Virus record (IMG/VR): IMGVR_UViG_3300017989_000071
Location: 53,645-117,644 of that record
Direction: 5' to 3' (one strand)
DNA: 64,000 nucleotides
Source: a virus
Both the position numbers and the translations under genes were made by a program. This document shows, in pieces, positions 26,107 through 33,197 of this stretch (position 1 is the first letter of the stretch; each line of letters opens with the position of its first letter). The notes under the pieces were generated by a model. That model was not told the origin of the DNA. It saw only the letters and a list, made by a program, of their open reading frames with translations, and did not search any database.

Positions 26107-26135
26107 ATGATAATCCGATGCGTTTTCGTTGTCAA
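26107..26135 (-). promoter_or_regulatory. Sigma70-type promoter of the small RNA
   Basis: TTGACA (26135-26130), 17 bp, TATCAT (26112-26107). Confidence 0.8.
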
Positions 26136-26143
26136 CTCAACGA

Positions 26144-26176
26144 GAGCGGCCCGGCGGGGTTACCGCCGGGCCGCTC
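26144..26176. repeat. Perfect 14-bp GC-rich inverted repeat
   Basis: GAGCGGCCCGGCGG-GGTTA-CCGCCGGGCCGCTC. Confidence 0.9.
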
Positions 26177-26236
26177 CCACGGGGGTTAATGGATTTTAGT
26201 CCATCAGGGGTCTTTCGAGCGGAATGTGGGAACCCG

Positions 26237-27052
26237 TCAGGCGGCGGCTTCTCCGAACTCGTAAATCAGGCCGAGCCGCGTGAACAGCATCTTGCCGTAA
26301 TTCGAGCTGGGAACGGCCACCCCCTCGAAGACGAAGGGCACCTGTGGACGTTTGCGGAGCTGGCTGAACCCGATGCCGATCTTCCCCATCGACACCTTCG
26401 ATCCGATCTTGTCGAGCTTCCCGTTGCGGTCGAGGAGGGACACGTTCGAGCCGTCGCCGAAGACGGCGGCTTCCTGTCGGTAGTCTTTGACCAGCCCGGC
26501 GATCAGATCGCGGAAGTCGGCCACGTCCATCCCCTTCGGCATCGGCACCCACAAGCTGTCCTCCACCGAGTCGGTTACGATCCCCTGACGGATCGCTTCC
26601 GCCTTGGAAATCGTCTCCCCGGTCGGGAGGACAAACTTCGCATCCCCCTTGTCCGTGAGCTCGATGTCGATCACCCCGTCGGGTCCGTTCAGGACCAGCT
26701 TACCGAGCGAATCGTTCCACTCGTTCTTGTACGGGGGAACGCCCTCGATCCAGTGCCCGACCAACCGGGCCGCGCCCGCCTTCAGCGCGTTCAACCGCTG
26801 GATCAAATCGCGGTTCTGCCCGACGTTCGCCCTTCGCGAAACCGCCTTCCCGAACTCGTCGGTGTTTTTGAACGCCGTGAGGATCGCAAAGGGCTGTTTC
26901 GACTGGCGGAAGATGCGGGACAGGCTCGCCTCGTCGATTCGACCGAGGCAGGAACGAACATACTCGTTGTCGTCCTCGTTCGCCCCACGGATACGGGCCA
27001 ACTCCTGCTCGATCTTTTCGTCCGCTTCGAGCAAGGTTCGTTTATCGGTCAT
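26237..27052 (-). CDS. Hypothetical phage protein (EASLSRI...FAILTAF motif)
   Basis: GGAGG RBS; downstream of promoter 27089-27117. Confidence 0.75.
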   Translation of the reverse strand: MTDKRTLLEADEKIEQELARIRGANEDDNEYVRSCLGRIDEASLSRIFRQSKQPFAILTAFKNTDEFGKAVSRRANVGQNRDLIQRLNALKAGAARLVGHWIEGVPPYKNEWNDSLGKLVLNGPDGVIDIELTDKGDAKFVLPTGETISKAEAIRQGIVTDSVEDSLWVPMPKGMDVADFRDLIAGLVKDYRQEAAVFGDGSNVSLLDRNGKLDKIGSKVSMGKIGIGFSQLRKRPQVPFVFEGVAVPSSNYGKMLFTRLGLIYEFGEAAA

Positions 27053-27088
27053 GCAGACCTCCTTCCTGCGACATGAATCGCGCTACGA

Positions 27089-27117
27089 ATCATATACCGT
27101 CTTACGTCGTTTGTCAA
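27089..27117 (-). promoter_or_regulatory. Sigma70-type promoter
   Basis: TTGACA (27117-27112), 17 bp, TATGAT (27094-27089). Confidence 0.7.
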
Positions 27118-27899
27118 GCTTCGTGGATCAGGAGGAACGACCACCGATTCACGGATACGTTCTCGGAAAAAGCCCTCGGCAGGATGGGCATCCATTGATG
27201 ATCGGTCATTCCCCCACGGTTCGGAGAGTAGATCACCCGGACCCGATTCTGGTCAATCGCGTCGAGGATCGGTGTCGTTGGGAGGACCGGATAGGCCATT
27301 CGCATCGCGGCGAGGTTCTTCAACCCCTTCTCGATCCGCTTTTGGCTGGCCTGTCGGAGATACTTCTTCCGCCACTGGATGATCGGACCGCGATCCTTCG
27401 GTTTGATTTCCGTCAGATCGCCGCCCCAGCACTTCCCCTCTTCGGCCATCATGCCGAAAGTCATTAACGCATCGAGGAACGGGTCCAGACTGACCGGATC
27501 GTTGAAGGCGTGGTACATCACTGTCGCCAGCTCGGGAGATACCCCGAGGAGAGGCAGGCGCAGCGCGTAGGTGTTGACCAAATGCTCCCACGGATACCCC
27601 TCGTGGTTGAGAAGCCACGGCAGGTAAAGCTTGAGGTGCCCGGAGAGCCGCGCCGCGATCCAATGGTTTTCGGCTATCGTAACCGGCTTCCCGTTCGGCA
27701 CCGGATACTCGATGTTCCCCGAGCGATAGATACGGTCGAGAGCTTCGAGGATATGCCTGCCGAGGCGGTCTTCATCTTCATCGTCGTAGATGTCGAGATC
27801 ACCCCCGAGAACCTTTCCCAAGAGCTCCAACTGCTCCCGCCACCCCGACTTCTGCATCGTCGTCCGGAACGTGTTTGCCGTCATTCGGTCGCTCATCAC
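27114..27899 (-). CDS. Hypothetical phage protein
   Basis: ORF track; GGAGG RBS. Confidence 0.65.
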   Translation of the reverse strand: MMSDRMTANTFRTTMQKSGWREQLELLGKVLGGDLDIYDDEDEDRLGRHILEALDRIYRSGNIEYPVPNGKPVTIAENHWIAARLSGHLKLYLPWLLNHEGYPWEHLVNTYALRLPLLGVSPELATVMYHAFNDPVSLDPFLDALMTFGMMAEEGKCWGGDLTEIKPKDRGPIIQWRKKYLRQASQKRIEKGLKNLAAMRMAYPVLPTTPILDAIDQNRVRVIYSPNRGGMTDHQWMPILPRAFSENVSVNRWSFLLIHEA

Positions 27900-28194
27900 T
27901 TCCTCCCTGACTAATGATCGTACACCCCGTTCGGCTCACGAAGCCGATGTTCCTGTCGATGCCGTGTTTCTCGTCCAAATTCTGCATCTCGTCGATAGCG
28001 TTGGCGGCATCGTTCAACAGCAAAACTAACTTCGGAAGGTCGTCCGGGCGGTAGTGGGCATCCCTGCGCCACGCGCCCCGGACCACGCGCCAGATCACGG
28101 TGTCGTAGTATACCTGATCCGGATGCGGATTTCGATAGACCACGACCGCGACGTAGCGATCCTTGAATAATTTGACGGCATTATCTCCGAGCAC
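27799..28194 (-). CDS. Hypothetical protein (3' end overlaps the next gene by ~100 nt)
   Basis: Fills the gap after the head morphogenesis gene; N-terminal ~95 aa look coding. Confidence 0.5.
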   Translation of the reverse strand: MLGDNAVKLFKDRYVAVVVYRNPHPDQVYYDTVIWRVVRGAWRRDAHYRPDDLPKLVLLLNDAANAIDEMQNLDEKHGIDRNIGFVSRTGCTIISQGGSDERPNDGKHVPDDDAEVGVAGAVGALGKGSRG

Positions 28195-29131
28195 GCTTCT
28201 TTACCTTTCGTCGATCTTTCAGGATGCGGCGGATCATCGTCTGCGACTTCCGATTCCGCCGGAATGTTTGCTTGTACTTCGCCGGGGTGGCGTCCTCGAA
28301 ACGCAACCGGCAGCGGCAGTTATCTAAACATCTCGTGAGTCCGGCCTTCGGGGTTGTCGGGAGTCTGGACTTCACATACGGCGAGCTGCGCCACAGGGTC
28401 TTACAATCCGGGCAGGCTTTCCGATCTTCGAGAATCCAGTGAATCACCGTGTTTGGGGGAACGACCATCACCCGGCCCGCGTGGAAGATCGAATTGACGG
28501 TCTTCACGTATCGCCCCAACCGCTTCTCGACCGACTGGCGAGAGCGATCCTTGGCGATGTCCTTGATGAGGCGGTTGAAGTATTTGAACTCGTGCTTGAT
28601 CGCGGAATCGACCCACTGCCGGTCGTCCGGCTGAAGGTCAACCAACTTCGCCTTCCTCAATCCGGGAATCCCCGACGCTCTCACCCCAAGGATGAACGCA
28701 CCGAGGTAGGCGGTCTTCAACTGTGCCTTCGCCCGCTCGCTGAACTGGCGCAGCGAGAACTCCCCGCCCTGATACTGGCGGTAGAGCTTGACCAACTGCC
28801 CTTCGAGCAGATCGAGCCGCTTCTTCATCGACCGGGACGATGAAGTAGTCGCGGAGTGTCGAATCTTTTTGAGCGCATCCCCGTAGAAGGATCGCGCTCC
28901 GGCGGCGGTGAGGCTGTGGGCGACCATATCGCCCTTCAGCGATCCGAGGTACTTGGCCTCGATGATCTGCCGCAGGTTGAGGAGCACATCGACGACAATT
29001 ACATCGACGGCTCCCTGATCCGGATCGAGATCGAGCTCGGAGACAACGTATTCCCGCAGATCGTCGAGGATCGCGGCATCAACGGTGTCGCCGTCCCAAA
29101 CCCAATCATAGGTCTTCGTCGCCCTCGGCAT
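28181..29131 (-). CDS. Head morphogenesis protein (SPP1 gp7 / Mu gpF-like)
   Basis: Follows the portal; C-terminal W...CPDC...P...C..NCRCRL motif. Confidence 0.75.
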   Translation of the reverse strand: MPRATKTYDWVWDGDTVDAAILDDLREYVVSELDLDPDQGAVDVIVVDVLLNLRQIIEAKYLGSLKGDMVAHSLTAAGARSFYGDALKKIRHSATTSSSRSMKKRLDLLEGQLVKLYRQYQGGEFSLRQFSERAKAQLKTAYLGAFILGVRASGIPGLRKAKLVDLQPDDRQWVDSAIKHEFKYFNRLIKDIAKDRSRQSVEKRLGRYVKTVNSIFHAGRVMVVPPNTVIHWILEDRKACPDCKTLWRSSPYVKSRLPTTPKAGLTRCLDNCRCRLRFEDATPAKYKQTFRRNRKSQTMIRRILKDRRKVKKRARR

Positions 29132-30995
29132 CTTCTTCCTCGGGATCGACGTACTCTCGGAGATGTTTCATATTGACCCGGCCCGGCGTTTGGTTTCGGC
29201 GCGGACGGGGGCGTTCACCGCCTTCTCCATCGCCCTTCACCTCGGCTACCAGCTCGCGGATCGCTTTCGACAATGCCTCACGAAGAGCCTGCTTGTCGAT
29301 CTGCGTTTCTTCCCCCTCTTCCCCGGTCTCGATGCTTTGTTCCATCTCTTTCCCGAAGCGTTTGAGCTCATCCGCCGACAAACCAACCACGTTTGTCAGG
29401 ATGTAGATGCGCCACGTTACCGGATCGAGGCCGAACTGGTCGCCCATTTCGAGCATCCGCTGCGCCACGTCGAGCTTGGTCTCCATCGCTTCGAGCCGCT
29501 GAAGGAGCTCGATCTGCGACGGTTCGACCATCCGCAACTTGAACGATCCGACGATCTGGGACGCCTTCTCCGCGATCTGCATGAAGATACTCTCGGTATC
29601 GACGCGGACTTCCTTCCCGTTCGATTCGTAAAGCACCTCCTCGGGAACGGCGTCGAGGTGGCCCCGAAGAATCTTTTCCCACAGCTCATCCCCGATTCCA
29701 TACTGCTCCTTGATACTCGGTACGATGTCGCGGAGCAGGAGGTGGATTTCGCACAGCGTTGTCAGGCCGGTGATAATCGCCCGCTGAATTTTCTTGACCC
29801 CTCGGGCGAAGCGCACGTCCTGCGAGCTCAGGGTGTTCGCCGCATCCACATCCCCTTCGTATCCGAAATAGGCTTTCGGAGCTCGCAGACCGGCGAAAAG
29901 TTTATTGATGAAATTGTCGTAATCGACCGCATCGGTGACCGAACCGGCAGCGGGTAGTACATCGACGCGGCTGTTCTGGCGATCTCCACGTACAGGATAG
30001 AAAATATCGTCGTCAAACGACATAGGGTTGTAGAGAACATCGAACTCTCCGGTCAGGGGATTCTTGAACTCCCGCTTCTTCATCGCGAGTCGCCAAGTCC
30101 GCAAGGTCTCGGTGACTTGCGCCGGGCTGGAGGTGGGACCGACATCGACGTAGTAGATGAACCGATCCACGGATTTCGTGAGTCGGTAGATCATCATCAA
30201 CTCTTCGAGCAGGCGGACCTGCTTGCCGGTGCGTTCGACGTTGTAGAGGAGGGAGGTGCCGTAGATGTAGGGATCGAGGCCGGGGTCGTTGTACTTCCAC
30301 TTCTTCGTCTTGCGCGAGTAGATGCGGAAGTGAATGATGTCCCACGCCATCCACAGGTCTTCTTCATCGACCGTGGTGGCCGCGAGGTTGTCGAGCAAGG
30401 CAAACCCGTAGAGATTGCCCCGTTCGTCTTCGACCCGTTCGACCATTCGGGGATCGAGCCACTGGATATTCAGGATGCCGTCCGCGCTGTTCGGATCGTA
30501 ATGGTTCCGCATAAAGTCGTCGCCGTTCTGCGCGACATCGTGCGCCAGACCCTCGATCCACTCTTCGACATTGATCGTATCGAAGAGCTGATGGATCGCG
30601 GTGACGACCTTCTTCTCCTCGGACTCGGCCCAGACAGTCCGTTGCTTGTCCTGATTGAACTGCGTGGCGTCTTCCGCATAGCCATCGAGCACGGAACCGA
30701 TCTCGGGAACCCGGCTGATCTCCTCGTAGATGTTATACATCTTGATTCGATCCGCCGACGTTTCCATGTACTGCGCGTACTTCAGGAACCAGTTTTTCGA
30801 GAGCAAGCCATCACCGCCGAAGACGGCACCCGCCATCCCCATATTGGATTGCGGGGAGTCAGGACCAGAGACCGGCGGGGGTGCCTGCTTGGCCTTCCCG
30901 CCGAAGAGATCGAACAGCGAACCGAGACGCCCTTTCGGCCTGTCGGTCGAGTAGGTGCCCTGCGGCACAACGATTTCGATGACTTGCTTATCCAT
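29106..30995 (-). CDS. Portal protein (T4 gp20-like)
   Basis: YEEISRVPEI...YAEDA, MIYRLTKS.DR.IYYVDVG, DDIFYPVRG...VDVLP, LFAGLRAPK. Confidence 0.9.
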   Translation of the reverse strand: MDKQVIEIVVPQGTYSTDRPKGRLGSLFDLFGGKAKQAPPPVSGPDSPQSNMGMAGAVFGGDGLLSKNWFLKYAQYMETSADRIKMYNIYEEISRVPEIGSVLDGYAEDATQFNQDKQRTVWAESEEKKVVTAIHQLFDTINVEEWIEGLAHDVAQNGDDFMRNHYDPNSADGILNIQWLDPRMVERVEDERGNLYGFALLDNLAATTVDEEDLWMAWDIIHFRIYSRKTKKWKYNDPGLDPYIYGTSLLYNVERTGKQVRLLEELMMIYRLTKSVDRFIYYVDVGPTSSPAQVTETLRTWRLAMKKREFKNPLTGEFDVLYNPMSFDDDIFYPVRGDRQNSRVDVLPAAGSVTDAVDYDNFINKLFAGLRAPKAYFGYEGDVDAANTLSSQDVRFARGVKKIQRAIITGLTTLCEIHLLLRDIVPSIKEQYGIGDELWEKILRGHLDAVPEEVLYESNGKEVRVDTESIFMQIAEKASQIVGSFKLRMVEPSQIELLQRLEAMETKLDVAQRMLEMGDQFGLDPVTWRIYILTNVVGLSADELKRFGKEMEQSIETGEEGEETQIDKQALREALSKAIRELVAEVKGDGEGGERPRPRRNQTPGRVNMKHLREYVDPEEEDAEGDEDL

Positions 30996-30999
30996 GCTC

Positions 31000-31263
31000 C
31001 TATCGCTCCGCGTTGTAGGCTTTAATTTCCGCCTCGTACTGTTTCCCCCACCGGATCAGCATCCCAAGGTTCTCCTCGATCTTCTCGAAGTCCTCAGCCT
31101 GCATAACAGCCTGTTCGTCGGGGGTCAAGGTCACCGCATACCCCGAGTGGAGCTGCGGGCGAGGAAGCACAGGCAGCTCGGGACACTTGCAGCGGCGGCT
31201 GACGCAGCTACTCGCCCCGATTGAAATCAGAAAAATCGTGAGTAACGCCGTCGGTGGTCTCAT
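31000..31263 (-). CDS. Outer-membrane lipoprotein, o-spanin (Rz1)-like
   Basis: MRPPTALLTIFLISIGASSC: signal peptide with lipobox, then a Pro-rich segment; overlaps the upstream gene. Confidence 0.65.
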   Translation of the reverse strand: MRPPTALLTIFLISIGASSCVSRRCKCPELPVLPRPQLHSGYAVTLTPDEQAVMQAEDFEKIEENLGMLIRWGKQYEAEIKAYNAER

Positions 31264-31456
31264 CCCGAAAGCCCTCCACGGTTGTCTCCACATCCTCGAC
31301 CTCCTCGATGGCTTCGTCCACCGCCCGATCCACTTCGAGCTGATGGACACGCTCCTCGGCCCGCTTCAAACGATAATCCCGATACCACGCCCACGCGGCA
31401 CCGAGAATCTTGAAGAGGGAAGCGATGCCCGAGAGGATTTTCAAAATCATCGTCAT
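31208..31456 (-). CDS. i-spanin (Rz)-like membrane protein
   Basis: N-terminal TM segment followed by a coiled coil; between the holin-like gene and the lipoprotein. Confidence 0.6.
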   Translation of the reverse strand: MTMILKILSGIASLFKILGAAWAWYRDYRLKRAEERVHQLEVDRAVDEAIEEVEDVETTVEGFRDETTDGVTHDFSDFNRGE

Positions 31457-31854
31457 TCGGCGGAACCCGGACCGGGAGGTACATTCCGGGGGATACTCGG
31501 AGCTGGGGGATTATTCGGCTTCCCTTTTCCGTTCTTCCGCTTCTTCCTCGGAACGACAATCGGTGCGTTCTTCGACATCTCGTAGGTCGCCTGAGAGGAC
31601 TGCGCCCCACTGACGACTGCCATGTAAACGCACACCCACTCTACCCACGTCGGGGGATGGACCATTGCCGTTGCCACCCCGCCGACTACCAACCCAACGA
31701 TGGTCGGCAGGTAGTAGTTGAGCTTCTTGTTATCCACGAAGGCACGGATGATCGCCGTCACCTTCGGTGTGAGGAAGTACATGAACCCCATCGCCGAGGC
31801 CATCAAGACCCCGATATTATCCATGACGTTCTGGATGGATGTCGGCTCAGCCAT
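31453..31854 (-). CDS. Holin-like membrane protein
   Basis: Two to three hydrophobic segments, basic C-terminal tail, directly after the endolysin. Confidence 0.6.
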   Translation of the reverse strand: MAEPTSIQNVMDNIGVLMASAMGFMYFLTPKVTAIIRAFVDNKKLNYYLPTIVGLVVGGVATAMVHPPTWVEWVCVYMAVVSGAQSSQATYEMSKNAPIVVPRKKRKNGKGKPNNPPAPSIPRNVPPGPGSAE

Positions 31855-32632
31855 TGTCGTTCTCCCTGATCTTCGAGAGCTCATGGGCGAGGGACGATTG
31901 CGTCTTCGTCGTGAACTCCCCGAGGGGCGAGATTCCCTTCTCGCTCTGATACCGGTACAAGGCCCGCTTTGACAGCGGCCCCCAAATCCCGTCGATTTCT
32001 CCGGTGTAGTAGCCGAGGCGTTTCAACCCCTCCTGATACCACCGGAGCATACTGTGCTCTCCATTATCCGGTTCGGGGGTTCTTCGCACCGCGTCGATAA
32101 TTCGTTGGAGGGTGTATCCCGGACACGCCGGTTTACCGAAGTGGTAGTGACCGTAGAGATCGCTCGGACCGAAGCCAAACACGTTGAGCAAAACCTTCCA
32201 GAGCTGAAGTCCGGAGATGATCTGATCGGTACTCGGCTCGCCGATGTTTTTCCCCGAGACACCCCGACCGGCGAAAAGTCCCTCGAACATCACCGAGATA
32301 AATTCCGCGTTCTCGTCGCCCGGCCTCTCCTTCGTTCCCTGCGACCACGGCTTCGCTTCGAGATCGTTGCAGAGCAGGACTTCCCCATCACGGCGAATCG
32401 CAAAGGTATAGGCAATGGACGGCAGACCGCCGGGGAGGAGATGATTATCGGGGCCGATGTGGTAGCGGGCCACGTCCTCCACGGTTCCCCATCCCAACGC
32501 CTGATGCCACACTACCCCCTTGAGCTGAAATAAATCCCGCCGGTCCCACGTTGCCCCCTCCTTGGAGGGCAACAGGGAACGGGCATCCGTTATTCCGGCC
32601 TGAAGAATCTGGTCTTGTTTTTCGCTGGACAT
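31847..32632 (-). CDS. Endolysin: N-acetylmuramoyl-L-alanine amidase (Amidase_2) with C-terminal peptidoglycan-binding domain
   Basis: VVWHQ, YHI, IAYTF, FEG, GHYHFGKPACPG; LKRLGYYTGEIDGIWGPLSKRAL..YQ. Confidence 0.88.
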   Translation of the reverse strand: MSSEKQDQILQAGITDARSLLPSKEGATWDRRDLFQLKGVVWHQALGWGTVEDVARYHIGPDNHLLPGGLPSIAYTFAIRRDGEVLLCNDLEAKPWSQGTKERPGDENAEFISVMFEGLFAGRGVSGKNIGEPSTDQIISGLQLWKVLLNVFGFGPSDLYGHYHFGKPACPGYTLQRIIDAVRRTPEPDNGEHSMLRWYQEGLKRLGYYTGEIDGIWGPLSKRALYRYQSEKGISPLGEFTTKTQSSLAHELSKIRENDNG

Positions 32633-33197
32633 GCAAGTCTCCGTTGAGCAAGGTTCCACGACCGCACGGAACGTCGTCACCCTCGATGGCGAAGAATACG
32701 TCGATGCGGCCCTCGGGACACGCTTTCGGATCGGCGGCGAGCTGACCCTTGCCGCCCGATAATATCACATATCCCTCGAAGACGGTAACCCATTCGTCCC
32801 GAAACCCTCGAACGAGGATCGCTCCGTTGGCATCGGCTACGAGATTTCCCTCGAAGTCGCAGGCGCGGAGCTGCATTTCCTTGTCTTTTCCGACCTCCAG
32901 ATCGCCCCCAACTTTGATTTTGTAGAACGCACCCGGCTCCCACCGCTTCCATGCTCCATCCTCGTAGTACATCTCCCGGAGCAGAGAGATCAGCGAAGAG
33001 GTGGTAAATTCTCCTTCGGTCAGCGTCGGCGAGATCACGGACGGAAAGAGACGCTTCATATCGGCAAGCGAGTACGTCACCGATTTTTCGTCTTCTCCTA
33101 ATGCGTACTTCGACGTACCGGGAGGGAGGGTCGCCACCGCAGAAGCAACCCGTCTCCCGGCCCGCCGAACAGTTTCTATACTAACTAACGGTCCCAT
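32445..33197 (-). CDS. Hypothetical virion-associated protein (3' 188 nt overlap the endolysin)
   Basis: Coupled to the large tail protein; function unknown. Confidence 0.55.
   Translation of the reverse strand: MGPLVSIETVRRAGRRVASAVATLPPGTSKYALGEDEKSVTYSLADMKRLFPSVISPTLTEGEFTTSSLISLLREMYYEDGAWKRWEPGAFYKIKVGGDLEVGKDKEMQLRACDFEGNLVADANGAILVRGFRDEWVTVFEGYVILSGGKGQLAADPKACPEGRIDVFFAIEGDDVPCGRGTLLNGDLHVQRKTRPDSSGRNNGCPFPVALQGGGNVGPAGFISAQGGSVASGVGMGNRGGRGPLPHRPR

Noticed and set aside
26177-26225. Possible hammerhead ribozyme (GAAA and CUGAUG on the minus strand)
   Set aside because: The core reads CUGAUGG rather than CUGAUGA, and only ~5 nt separate GAAA from it, leaving no room for the required stems.
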